Part shown: one piece after another, positions 26,625-36,114 of the stretch
Layout of the letters: each line of letters starts with the position of its first letter
How positions within the stretch are numbered: the first letter of the stretch is position 1
Origin: Leptospirales bacterium
GTDB lineage: Bacteria; Spirochaetota; Leptospiria; Turneriellales; JAOUFE01
Assembly (NCBI GenBank): GCA_040326155.1
Contig: JBEQLE010000043.1
Coordinates: 1-36,278 of the forward strand
DNA: 36,278 nucleotides
Direction of reading: 5' to 3'
Notes under the pieces: generated by a model
The model's input: the letters and a program-made list of their open reading frames with translations, nothing else
What the model was told of the DNA's origin: nothing
The model's database searches: none
Translations under genes and position numbers: made by a program

Positions 26625-26865
26625 ACACAAAAAATTCGTGCTCTGGTAGACATTGATTTTACATATATGTCTGGGTGAGACTTTGTTCTCAACCAGACAA
26701 AACTAACGACCGACCAGAGAGTTTGCAAATGGACAGACGCATTAAGCTAAAATGAAAAAGTAGAAAAATATTTTGAAAGATTGATCTCTACTTAAACCCG
26801 GCGCCCTTGTCGGCGAAAATCCAGCAAACAGGGGCTTGAAAAAAGATGAAAACTAGGAGATAATT

Positions 26866-29800
26866 ATGCCTTTAATTGGACAAAACCCGGATACCTTTAC
26901 GTTAGACAAATGGGGGCTACCGGGGCAAAATGTTATCTTTACACCGTTAGGCTTTGGTAACAAAATCACCCTGTTGTCGTTTATCAACATCGAAGAACCC
27001 GATCCTACCCTGGGGTGGAACTGGATTACAAACTTAAGCAATATCGCGACGGCTCTTGGTGCTAATGCTCAGGTTATTGCGGTTATCTTTAAAACTTCCG
27101 GCGGTACGGTGACGGACGGCGAGATCAATACAAGAAGAACTCTAAACTCTGTAACCATTAGCGGCGGGTTAACACTTTTAAAAGATGTCGATTGGGCGAT
27201 AAGCGCGGCAAACAATTACCAGGTCGGCGGCTTTAGCGCCGACCCGTCTTTTACAAAACCGGTAAGCAATGGAATATGGTCGTACATTGTTTCAGAAGAT
27301 TTTCAAATTACCGACAAGTGGCACTTAAACACCACCGATCAAGTAGACTTTAACTTAAGCGACCCGGTCTCGTTTAACCGGTTTCAATCGGGGGGAAGCC
27401 AATTTAACAGCGTTGACTTTACAATATCCGAATCATTTGCGATTGATCGGTTGAACAATCTTTTTAACCCACCTTACATTCTAGGCGCACTGCCCGTTGA
27501 AGCAAACCCGGTTAATTCGTTACCATCTGTAGATATCGTATTTTCTAAACCAATCGGTGTCAGCGGTTCGGTCCCTATCGATGTTGCACCAATAGTCAAC
27601 ATGGGTAATTACGGCCTTAGCGGCGCAGGGGCAGCAGGTGCGCCGTTAAATATTACCGGGGTCAATTACGGCCTCATCGGCCAAATTGAAAATGTGGTAA
27701 TAATCACCACAAACGACAATCTAAGCACAGGCCCGGTTGTTATTACACCGACCGTTTCAATAACCGATTTAAACGGGGTAGTAATCAGTACACCGAAAAC
27801 AAACGTCACATACAACGCCGATGTAACGCCTCCATCACTAACTTCTATTAATATTTATTCCAGCACGGGTCAGCCCTTGACTCATGCAAAAGAGAACGAT
27901 ACGGTTACGATTAATTTTACAGCGGACGATAATCTGGCAGTGACGCCCGCGGTTACGATCGGCAACCCTCCCGTAGCCGCCTCCGTAACCGGCGGGGCGA
28001 CAACATGGGTGGCAACGCACGACATGACAGCCGGCCAGAGCGAAGGAATTGTTGTTTTCCAGATTACCAATATTCAAGATACGTTAGGCAATTCATCGGG
28101 CCCCTACGGAGCGTCGATTCCCGGGGGAAATACGGTGACTTACGATAGAACCCTTCCGCAAATCGGCAGTGTAACCGGCTTAGCAACGGATAATACATGG
28201 ATAGATATCCTGTTTACCGAAAATGTTTATGGCGCTGCGGGTGCCGGTACGGTTGCAAACAATAAACTCATTACTGGCAACTTTACTATCACAAACAGCA
28301 ACGCAGGCAATCCGGTAGGTAACCTCGTTGTTACCCATATCCCGGGAGACAATACGGCTAGAGTCAATTTTACCACTTTTAGCGATGCCGATGCCGGGGA
28401 GATTATCACGATTACAATAATCGGCGTTTTTGACACAGCGGGCAATGAAAGTGCTGTCGGCCACAATATTGATTCTCCATTAAACGATATTAAAGCGCCG
28501 GTTTTAGATCCAATATCCATTGCCTCCAATAATCCTATTGATAGCTCTATTGCAGGTCCAACTCATGATGTGACTGTTTCTTTTACAGCAAGTGAGCCGG
28601 TAACTGTTGGTAGTGCGACTCTTAACACCGCTGCTGCAACAGTTACTGACACAGGAAGTAATAATTGGACCGCAACTAAAAACTTTACAAGTGGCGACAC
28701 AGAAGGGCTTGTCATCTTTGAGATAATCAACGTCTCTGATGGCACGAACAATGTTCCGCTTACAAATTCAGTGATTGGTCCCTCTCAGGTCACTTTTGAT
28801 AAAACAGCGCCTGTCTTTGCCGCTCCCGCTACTGCAATTTTTCCTTTAGTAAATAATACGCAAGTTGAAATTGCATTCGATGAAATAGTTAACGGAACGA
28901 ATACTTCACTTTCAAGCCTGGTAGGGAACGCCGTTGTCACCGTTACCCCGAGTAATTCCGCATTATTGCCTGTTACAGGAGTCACCTTCACCCATGTCGT
29001 GAATACGGATTTATTGACGGTGAATTTCACATTAGCTGCACTCGCCCAGGCAGGTGATACCATTACAATCGAAGTGGATACGGTGTATGACAAGGCGGGA
29101 AATCTAGCAAGTAATGTTACTAGTGGTGCCATAGCCCTGATTGATGAAACTTCTGCACAGGTTGTCACCGCAGAAATCAGGTCTAACAATTATGGTAATG
29201 CGAACAATAACCAGACTTTTGCAAAACCGGGTGATACGGTTACGGTTGCTTTTACAACAAGCGAACCATTAAGCGCGCCTCCTTTAAGTGTGACCATTGC
29301 CAATTCTGGGCCTCTTACACCGATAGAAATAGGCGGCCCAACCAGTTGGGAAGCCACTTATGTTATGCCGGGCGCTAATGCGGTAGCAAACGATTACATC
29401 TTTTTTAATATCACCGGAATAAACGATGGAACAAATCCTCCCGTCCCCGATGTCATTGCACCACTGGGGTCGAATGTCGACTTGGTATGGTTTTGGAACC
29501 CGCAGCCGGCAATAAACACACCTCTTCTCGAAGCAGATAACAGCTTTATAACACTCACTTTTAACCGGGACGTCTATGCAAACACCGGAGCTACCGGCAG
29601 CCTGGACAATACCGATTTAGACCTGACTTTTACACAAGGTGGAGGAACTGCCACGAGTGTAACCAAAGGCACCGTCACTCATAATCCCCTCACAAAACAT
29701 GTAGTCAAATTGAACCTCACTACAACTGGAACGGCCAATGGTTTAGAGACCATCGAGATCAACCCTGTACTAAGCCAAATCTTTGACGCAGCCGGAAACC

Positions 29801-31071
29801 CAGCGTTAGCTACCGATACAACCGGCGTCTTGTTGCTAAGTGACGTCACACCCGATGTTTTCGTAAGAGACAACATAGATGATGACGGAGTAGAACCTTC
29901 AACGGGAGGTCTCTCTTTAAGCCCCGACATCATTTCTTTAGCAAGCAATCCCAGTCTTGCTACTTTACAAGCAGATTATGGAGGGAGCGACCCTCTCATC
30001 GTCAAAAACTACAATTTAGGTTCTACACCAGAGTTTGGACAAGATAATTATATTCTAGTCCGAGCGCAAAACCGAGGCGCAGTAGATGCGGTGAATGTAG
30101 TAGCTACGGTTTATTGGGCACAGTTCTCTACATCGATTTTACCTGTCGACTGGCATTTAATCGGTGATGCGGTGTTTCCCGCCAACATACCCAATGATGG
30201 TGATCTTTATGTTTCAAACCCGTTGACATGGTTAAGCGCAGATATACCGGTCGTGGGTCATTATTGCCTCATTGCGGTAATCGGATGCGACGGAGATCCA
30301 AAACCATCCGGGACCGAAATTACTGCGGCAGTTACAAACTCGACCACCTATATGCAGTATATCCGCGATGTAAATGATATCACCTATCGAAATATGAACG
30401 TTATAGATGATATTCCGGCGCCTCCTCCCCCGGCACCTGCCCCAGCTCCGGGTTCCGATGCCCCTGCACCGCCACCCGAACCAGCTGGCACCCCGGACGG
30501 TAAAGACCCATATGGATTTTTACCATTGCCCTTTGTATTTGCCGGGATGGCAAACCCGAATACAAGAACACCAATGCAATTAGAGATGCATTTGAACCTT
30601 CCGAAAGGATCGCGAGCTTTTCTTGAAGTTCCACTGAATTTAGTCGAGCCTGAAAAGGTGGAATACACAAGACAACGAATTATGGTCTATGCAGAGAAGC
30701 AATATGAAATAATTCGAGACCAAAACATCAAACCAAAGTTTAATATTATTAAGATCGACAGGAAACGAAAAGTAGCCTGGATCTTTTTAAATCCTCATCA
30801 AGTGAACAGTTTTGACAATTTGGCAGTTGCGGCGGAAGTTAAGTATAACTTAAGACTATTTCTTCAAATTCCCAAGGAGTTTATAAATAACAGATACAAA
30901 GCTTATGCGGTCCAATTGGTTGGCGGCGAAGAACTTGGCCGAGCAGCATGGTTCCTCGGGCGTGGATGGAGACCACCTAAAAAGCCAGGAATTGTTTACA
31001 GATTTTTCAGAAAAGTTATCGATTTTATTTTCATGCAAAAAAAAAGGCCACGATACCTTATTAAATATTAA
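26866..31071 (+). CDS. Giant Ig-repeat protein 3: same architecture with 3 A-B Ig pairs, Pro-rich linker and basic tail
   Basis: 1401 aa, AGGAG RBS, no signal peptide, paralogous to the two previous genes. Confidence 0.88.
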   Translation: MPLIGQNPDTFTLDKWGLPGQNVIFTPLGFGNKITLLSFINIEEPDPTLGWNWITNLSNIATALGANAQVIAVIFKTSGGTVTDGEINTRRTLNSVTISGGLTLLKDVDWAISAANNYQVGGFSADPSFTKPVSNGIWSYIVSEDFQITDKWHLNTTDQVDFNLSDPVSFNRFQSGGSQFNSVDFTISESFAIDRLNNLFNPPYILGALPVEANPVNSLPSVDIVFSKPIGVSGSVPIDVAPIVNMGNYGLSGAGAAGAPLNITGVNYGLIGQIENVVIITTNDNLSTGPVVITPTVSITDLNGVVISTPKTNVTYNADVTPPSLTSINIYSSTGQPLTHAKENDTVTINFTADDNLAVTPAVTIGNPPVAASVTGGATTWVATHDMTAGQSEGIVVFQITNIQDTLGNSSGPYGASIPGGNTVTYDRTLPQIGSVTGLATDNTWIDILFTENVYGAAGAGTVANNKLITGNFTITNSNAGNPVGNLVVTHIPGDNTARVNFTTFSDADAGEIITITIIGVFDTAGNESAVGHNIDSPLNDIKAPVLDPISIASNNPIDSSIAGPTHDVTVSFTASEPVTVGSATLNTAAATVTDTGSNNWTATKNFTSGDTEGLVIFEIINVSDGTNNVPLTNSVIGPSQVTFDKTAPVFAAPATAIFPLVNNTQVEIAFDEIVNGTNTSLSSLVGNAVVTVTPSNSALLPVTGVTFTHVVNTDLLTVNFTLAALAQAGDTITIEVDTVYDKAGNLASNVTSGAIALIDETSAQVVTAEIRSNNYGNANNNQTFAKPGDTVTVAFTTSEPLSAPPLSVTIANSGPLTPIEIGGPTSWEATYVMPGANAVANDYIFFNITGINDGTNPPVPDVIAPLGSNVDLVWFWNPQPAINTPLLEADNSFITLTFNRDVYANTGATGSLDNTDLDLTFTQGGGTATSVTKGTVTHNPLTKHVVKLNLTTTGTANGLETIEINPVLSQIFDAAGNPALATDTTGVLLLSDVTPDVFVRDNIDDDGVEPSTGGLSLSPDIISLASNPSLATLQADYGGSDPLIVKNYNLGSTPEFGQDNYILVRAQNRGAVDAVNVVATVYWAQFSTSILPVDWHLIGDAVFPANIPNDGDLYVSNPLTWLSADIPVVGHYCLIAVIGCDGDPKPSGTEITAAVTNSTTYMQYIRDVNDITYRNMNVIDDIPAPPPPAPAPAPGSDAPAPPPEPAGTPDGKDPYGFLPLPFVFAGMANPNTRTPMQLEMHLNLPKGSRAFLEVPLNLVEPEKVEYTRQRIMVYAEKQYEIIRDQNIKPKFNIIKIDRKRKVAWIFLNPHQVNSFDNLAVAAEVKYNLRLFLQIPKEFINNRYKAYAVQLVGGEELGRAAWFLGRGWRPPKKPGIVYRFFRKVIDFIFMQKKRPRYLIKY

Positions 31072-31076
31072 TGCTG

Positions 31077-31196
31077 AAAAGGGGAAAAGCTGGATTTTTA
31101 TTCTGTGCGTTTTTCCCCTTTTCCCTGGCGGAGGGCGCCTTTTTACAACAAAAAAGGCGCCCTCCGCCACCCAATACGATATTTTCAGAGCATCGA
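31077..31196 (+). repeat. Modular three-stem intergenic repeat, copy 2
   Basis: AAAAGGGGAAAAGC...CTTTTCCCT, a different central hairpin GGCGGAGGGCGCCTTTTT...AAAAAGGCGCCCTCCGCC, then ACCCAATACGATATTTT...GCATCGA. Confidence 0.8.
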
Positions 31197-31362
31197 GGTC
31201 GGTTCAACACTCTCACAATCGCCGAAAATAAGTATCTTCGCACAGTGTGAGTTAACTATTTGCCCAGTTCTTCCGCAAACCGAACCATTTATAGAATTCA
31301 AAATTGCCGAATTGGAAATCAAAACGCCTGCCTGGAGCTTTAATATTATATAAAATTTATCG

Positions 31363-31390
31363 TTGACAATAACTTCGAAAGACAAATAAT
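31363..31390 (+). promoter_or_regulatory. Candidate sigma70 promoter of the lipoprotein gene
   Basis: TTGACA (31363-31368), 16 bp, AATAAT (31385-31390). Confidence 0.45.
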
Positions 31391-31440
31391 GTAGTTATAT
31401 ATTATCGTCTAATGCAAAGAGAAAGACATTGAGGAATTTC

Positions 31441-34368
31441 ATGACAAAAAAAACAGTATCAAAAATCGGGTTAATTATTCTAGTCTCCTATTTCACAATA
31501 AACTGTAGTGGAAATGTCGAAGTAACAGTCTCCGCAGAAGACGGGGGCGTTGTTAATAGTTCATCGGGTGCGACTTTAAGCATTCCACCAGGTGCCATGG
31601 ATGTAAGTACAACGATAGTCATGACCAGTACAGACAAACTGGCGACACAAGATAATGTAACACCCATAGATAATACGTATAACTTTTCTCCCGACGGACA
31701 TGAATTCAATCTACCTGCAACTCTGGAAATTTGTTACGACCCACAAGAAATTACTTCGCAAGGTTTATCGGAAAACACGGTTTCGGTTTATTATCTTGAC
31801 CCAAATAACGGCGCGTATGCAAATGTCGGCGGTGAAGTCGATGCCGTTACTCATTGTGTCACGGCATCGGTAGGTCATTTTTCTACCTACCTTATCGCCG
31901 CTCGAAATTTAGCGGCGATTAACACGGGGCCGGTAGTCGACAACCCTGTTTTTATGCCAAGTACCGTTTTGGCTGGTCTACCGTTGGCCGTTCGTTCAAT
32001 AATCACGAGCCTGCAAAACGGCGCCACGACAGGTTCTATTGCATCGGCTTATTTATATTATAGAGTTTCGGGTAGCGGAGCCGCATATACAAAAATACTT
32101 TTGAATCCGGAATATGAAAATACAGCCGGGCAATATTACCTGGCCTTTATACCTGCCACATCGGTAACAACTGCGGGTATCGATTATTATATAGATGCGA
32201 CTGATAATTTGGGTAATGTAACATCAACAACACCTTCGAACATTCCAACGGGATTGATAAAACAAGTCGATTTTACCGTTCCCTTGCAATTTAACCCCGC
32301 AGTTTTAGATATAAGCGCGGGTTATAGTAGAATGTTTACCGTAAAAGCAACCCAGACTAACGGAAAAATACACACAATTTACCCCTCAAATTTTACTGTA
32401 GCCGGAGGAACAGTTAAGATTGTTTCGACAGGCACCTCGGCAAATCTGCAATTTACCGCTGAAACGCTCGGCCCTGCGACGTTAACCGTAACCAGTGGAG
32501 CGCTAACCGGAAGCCCGACGATCAATGTTCATCCGGGTAATTTAGCCAGCATAGCGTTTCTTGATCAGGTTACGAGTATGCCGATCAATGCTGCGGTAGA
32601 CGTAAGTTCAGGTGGTTCATTTGATTTTGACTTGGTGGGCTATGACAATTATAATAATTATATTAATGTTCTTCCGGTTTTTTCGATCACAAATGCTATC
32701 GGAACAGTAGATACTTCGATACCAGGCGTAAACGCGCGGTTTACGGCAAGCAATGTAACTACCCCTATATCGGGGCAAATCGACGCTGATCTAGGTGGTT
32801 TGAACAATGCGATATCTATAAATATTATACCAATTGTCGATACTCCTGTATTTACACCCCCGGGGGGAGCATATAGTTCTGTTCAGAATGTTACCATCAC
32901 AAGTACAACAGGCGCAACCATCTGTTACGATACCGCCGGAGTGACACCAACATGCGACGTTGCGAAAACAGGGTGTGCTGCAGGAACGTTATATACCGCG
33001 CCTTTATCCGTTTCTACGGACACCGACATAAAAGCAATCGGTTGCAAAGCTGGTTTTGCCGATTCTTCCGTATCTGCGACAGAATCATATACTTTTGAAT
33101 ACATAAGTTTTAACGTAACGGGTCTTCAAGGAACTTTGGTTTTACAGAACAATGGAAGTAATGATCTTAGTATTTCGTCGGATGGCTTACATTCCTTTAC
33201 TTTGCCGGTTTCAAATTACGATGTTACAGTGCTCACCCACCCTGCTACACCTTCACAAACATGTTCGGTTGTGAATGGCAACGGTACGTTTAATGTAGGC
33301 GATACAGTATCCATATGGATTAACTGTGTAACCAATACTTATGCCGCAGGTGGTTCGTTAAAAGTCGGGGATATGCCTTTGGATTTTACTTTACCCCTGT
33401 ATAATGGCTTTGGAGCAACATATGAATTTTCACAAGCCGCTTATCCAAATAAAGTTACACTATTATCGTTTGTAGATATAGATGTTTTTAATATCGACCC
33501 TAATAATAGTTGGGCATGGCTATCCCATATACAGAATATAAGAAGCGTATTGGGTACAAGCGTAGATTATATCGCCGTAATATTTAATTCCCAGGGTAGC
33601 GTAACAGATACAAATATAACCAATAAACTCGTTGCAAACCCGGTTGACATTACCGGCTTAACTTTACTAAGAGACAACACCTGGCTCTCTTCCATCGCAA
33701 AAATCTACACTGACGGCTTCCAAACAATCAACGACCCCTCCTTTACCGGCGGAGTAATTGCCGATACCTGGACCTACATTATCTCGGAAGATTATTACAT
33801 CACCGACAAATGGCATAAAAATACAACCGCAAACAACGAACCCATATCATTTAACAAATTTTACGCAGATGCGCCTTACGACGCCGTTCCTTTTAACAGC
33901 GCTGATTTTGCAAACGCAGAGGCGTATTTAAAAAAGAGGTTAACCAACCTTCTGGCTCCGCCTACAATTTTAAGCGCCAACCCGGTCGGTGGGGCCACAG
34001 TGAATGGGCTGACCAGGGTCGAGATCGTTTTCTCTAAACCCGTCGGCGCGCTTTTAGCGACGCCCTATGGCACCACGCTACTCGACACTTCGCCCATAAC
34101 TGCGATTTCGAACTACATTTTTACGGGTGGCGGTGTGGGCACTTTGGGTTTTTCAAGGACGAATCCGATTCTTTACGAAAACAGCGGCCTACGTTCAGCC
34201 AGTATTGATAATGTGGGTGCCATAGAAAACATGGCTACGTTTAACTTAACCGGCACTCTGAACCCCGGCGGCGTAGATAATATTATCAACATATTGCTTG
34301 GAAGTAATATAACAGATGCTGCCGGTAATCCGCTTATACTGAATCAAGTAATCTACAACGCGAATTGA
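31441..34368 (+). CDS. Multidomain lipoprotein: ZU5-like, Ig-like and chitobiase/Fn3-associated domains, C-terminal Cys-less redoxin-like module plus Ig cap
   Basis: Signal ends FTIN-C. ATLSIPPGAM...FSPDGHEFNLPATL...VGHFSTY (ZU5/UPA-like), TPVFTPPGGAY, VTGLQGTLVLQNNG. The last ~335 aa align with the N-termini of the three giant proteins. GAGG RBS favours ATG 31441 over TTG 31429. Confidence 0.85.
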   Translation: MTKKTVSKIGLIILVSYFTINCSGNVEVTVSAEDGGVVNSSSGATLSIPPGAMDVSTTIVMTSTDKLATQDNVTPIDNTYNFSPDGHEFNLPATLEICYDPQEITSQGLSENTVSVYYLDPNNGAYANVGGEVDAVTHCVTASVGHFSTYLIAARNLAAINTGPVVDNPVFMPSTVLAGLPLAVRSIITSLQNGATTGSIASAYLYYRVSGSGAAYTKILLNPEYENTAGQYYLAFIPATSVTTAGIDYYIDATDNLGNVTSTTPSNIPTGLIKQVDFTVPLQFNPAVLDISAGYSRMFTVKATQTNGKIHTIYPSNFTVAGGTVKIVSTGTSANLQFTAETLGPATLTVTSGALTGSPTINVHPGNLASIAFLDQVTSMPINAAVDVSSGGSFDFDLVGYDNYNNYINVLPVFSITNAIGTVDTSIPGVNARFTASNVTTPISGQIDADLGGLNNAISINIIPIVDTPVFTPPGGAYSSVQNVTITSTTGATICYDTAGVTPTCDVAKTGCAAGTLYTAPLSVSTDTDIKAIGCKAGFADSSVSATESYTFEYISFNVTGLQGTLVLQNNGSNDLSISSDGLHSFTLPVSNYDVTVLTHPATPSQTCSVVNGNGTFNVGDTVSIWINCVTNTYAAGGSLKVGDMPLDFTLPLYNGFGATYEFSQAAYPNKVTLLSFVDIDVFNIDPNNSWAWLSHIQNIRSVLGTSVDYIAVIFNSQGSVTDTNITNKLVANPVDITGLTLLRDNTWLSSIAKIYTDGFQTINDPSFTGGVIADTWTYIISEDYYITDKWHKNTTANNEPISFNKFYADAPYDAVPFNSADFANAEAYLKKRLTNLLAPPTILSANPVGGATVNGLTRVEIVFSKPVGALLATPYGTTLLDTSPITAISNYIFTGGGVGTLGFSRTNPILYENSGLRSASIDNVGAIENMATFNLTGTLNPGGVDNIINILLGSNITDAAGNPLILNQVIYNAN

Positions 34369-34370
34369 TT

Positions 34371-34485
34371 TTGGGTAATAACATAACAGGCAGCTAGGGA
34401 AACACGCTTGTTGTGAACGGGTTAACCTACTCGGCAAATTAAAAACACTTGCTGCTGGTTACGATTTCACCTTTGCACTCTATAT
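34371..34485 (+). pseudogene. Decayed RCC1-repeat fragment
   Basis: Frameshifted GNNITG/QLGK and TLAAGYDFTFAL match the RCC1 repeat consensus of 14997-16190. Confidence 0.55.
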
Positions 34486-34615
34486 TCTGATATGCATCAA
34501 TAGAAAGTCGCTTATTTAGCAACACACAACTTCCATAAGGCGCTTACCTCAGAAAGTAGCATAAAAAGTAAAATGGCTTTTTATGAAACAAAAAGGAATC
34601 GGAAGATTTTTTTGC

Positions 34616-34723
34616 AAGGGGAAAAGCAGGTACCATACACCACACGTTTTTAACCTTTTCCCTCGCTGCATAATTTCTTCAAAATTATTTCGCTACCCAA
34701 TACGATATTTTCTATGTGTCGTA
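34616..34723 (+). repeat. Modular three-stem intergenic repeat, copy 3
   Basis: AAGGGGAAAAGCAGGT...CTTTTCCCT, short AT-rich hairpin, CGCTACCCAATACGATATTTT. Confidence 0.75.
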
Positions 34724-34843
34724 TGACGCCAGTTTTTTCGGTTCGCCAGGGGCATTATGCAACAATCCGGAGAATTGCCAAAACAACAAAATCAAATATA
34801 ATGTCCTGAACGGTATGAATAAATTATAATAACACTACTACAC

Positions 34844-35059
34844 ATAAAAACAAACTCAAAAGCTGTTATTCTTTTTTCAGCATTCTTGCTTATGAACTGC
34901 GCGCAGTTGAGCAATTTAAAAACAACCAAACCCCTGGGTTATAGTGAAAATGGGAAACACCAAAACATGGCAATGCTCTCGCTTGACGGTGCAATAGTCG
35001 AAGGAGGTGTCCCGCCTTTACAGATTATAAAAATCGAATGCAGTTGGAACTTCGGTTAA
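34844..35059 (+). pseudogene. Probable 5' remnant of a lipoprotein gene
   Basis: Open frame (ATA)KTNSKAVILFSAFLLMN-CAQL... looks like a lipoprotein signal that has lost its ATG. Runs into the next remnant. Confidence 0.4.
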
Positions 35060-35302
35060 ACTTGCCGAAAGGGTCGCGGGTATTTCTGGAGGTTCCGTTA
35101 AACCTGGTTTACCCGGTTGAACGAAACGTACCGTGCAAAGAATAGCCTCGAAAACGGCGAAGAACTCGGACGCGTGACCTGGTTTATCGAACAAAGTTGG
35201 CGACCCCCCAAAAAACCGAGAATATTCTACAGGTTTTTTCGCAAGATTCTCGACTTTGTGTTTATTCAAAAAGAGAGACCACGGTATGAAATAAAATACT
35301 AA
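35038..35302 (+). pseudogene. Internally deleted C-terminal remnant of a fourth giant-protein paralogue
   Basis: MQLELRLNLPKGSRVFLEVPLNLV and, in another frame, GEELGRVTWFIEQSWRPPKKPRIFYRFFRKILDFVFIQKERPRYEIKY match two separate parts of the 1401-aa protein tail. Confidence 0.88.
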
Positions 35303-35310
35303 AAGAAAAG

Positions 35311-35355
35311 GTTGGCGAAGCCCCCCTGGAATCACGGGGGCAGCGTTTGCCAGAC
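35311..35355. terminator. Hairpin between convergent units
   Basis: TGGCGAA-GCCCCC...GGGGGC...TTTGCCA nested stems. Confidence 0.45.
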
Positions 35356-35418
35356 ATTAAATCTTTATTTCAACTTGTATCATTTCGTATTCAGTAGGCA
35401 ATTCGCTATTCCCATCAG

Positions 35419-35904
35419 CTATTTACTTTGTTTCTTATCTTTTCCTTTTTCAAGCGGTAAAATTCTTTCAATACCTACTATATATTTCAAGTCCATAATC
35501 CTGCTTTTTACGAGTTTATCAAAATCTTCTTTGGATAACTTATACTCAATAATGTATTTGGAGAAAACATCAGCTCCGTAGGTTAAGATAACCGGGGCTA
35601 CATTGGCACTGCTTTTTAAGGTTATCAAACTTTCATCTTCCAGACGCAATGTCGTGATTGTCCCTTTTGCCACTTTATGCTTATAGTTCCCTGAAAAAGA
35701 CGGTTCAAATTTAAAAACATATTTTCCATCGGTGGAACGTAATCCTATAAAGTATCCGGCAGTTTTAGTTTGGATTAATACCTTTTGTCCAATGGTAACC
35801 TTTCCGGTAACGGGATCCTTTGTTTCTTCCAACTTGCATTTTGCAGCGTATATTACCCCAGAGACCAGGGTGAAAACTACAGCTATTAAAAATATTTTCT
35901 TCAT
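35419..35904 (-). CDS. Secreted hypothetical protein (possibly prematurely stopped)
   Basis: MKKIFLIAVVFTLVSGVIYA signal peptide with AGAGG RBS at ATG 35904. The track extends the ORF upstream into the MITE. Confidence 0.75.
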   Translation of the reverse strand: MKKIFLIAVVFTLVSGVIYAAKCKLEETKDPVTGKVTIGQKVLIQTKTAGYFIGLRSTDGKYVFKFEPSFSGNYKHKVAKGTITTLRLEDESLITLKSSANVAPVILTYGADVFSKYIIEYKLSKEDFDKLVKSRIMDLKYIVGIERILPLEKGKDKKQSK

Positions 35905-35958
35905 TATTGTACCTCTACAGAAAGGTTTGATGAGAAGTTGAATTGTCAACAATAATAA

Positions 35959-36055
35959 GGGCACCTCTAAAAACTTCGTTTTTACGGCGCCCTAGGGGCA
36001 CAAAGGCCGATAAAACCCACTTTTTTTGCAAAAAAATAGGTTTTTAGAGGTGCCC
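35959..36055. mobile_element. MITE copy 2 (inverted relative to copy 1)
   Basis: Perfect 16-bp TIRs GGGCACCTCTAAAAAC / GTTTTTAGAGGTGCCC, flanks ATAA/TTAA. Differs from copy 1 by a few substitutions and a 3-bp indel. Confidence 0.88.
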
Positions 36056-36087
36056 TTAAACTAATGTATTTATCACAAATGGGGAAT

Positions 36088-36114
36088 TTCCGTGTTCGGC
36101 ATGGGAACGGGTGG
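36088..36114 (-). other. Isolated 27-nt fragment matching the conserved loop C arm of bacterial 5S rRNA
   Basis: Minus strand CCACCCGTTCCCATGCCGAACACGGAA. The flanks do not resemble 5S. Confidence 0.65.

Noticed and set aside
31200..31345. Possible coding remnant between the repeat and the lipoprotein promoter
   Set aside because: Composition looks coding-like but no frame gives a recognisable motif.
16347..34368. Shufflon or recombinational cassette switching between the shared modules
   Set aside because: DNA identity between modules is limited to short codon-driven patches such as ATYACCGACAARTGG. No recombinase or repeated crossover site is visible, and each gene has its own start. Not excluded, but unsupported.
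34382..34427. attC-like site (CATAAC...GTTAAC)
   Set aside because: No convincing internal L-box pairing, no cassette array or integrase, and the sequence is better explained as an RCC1 remnant.
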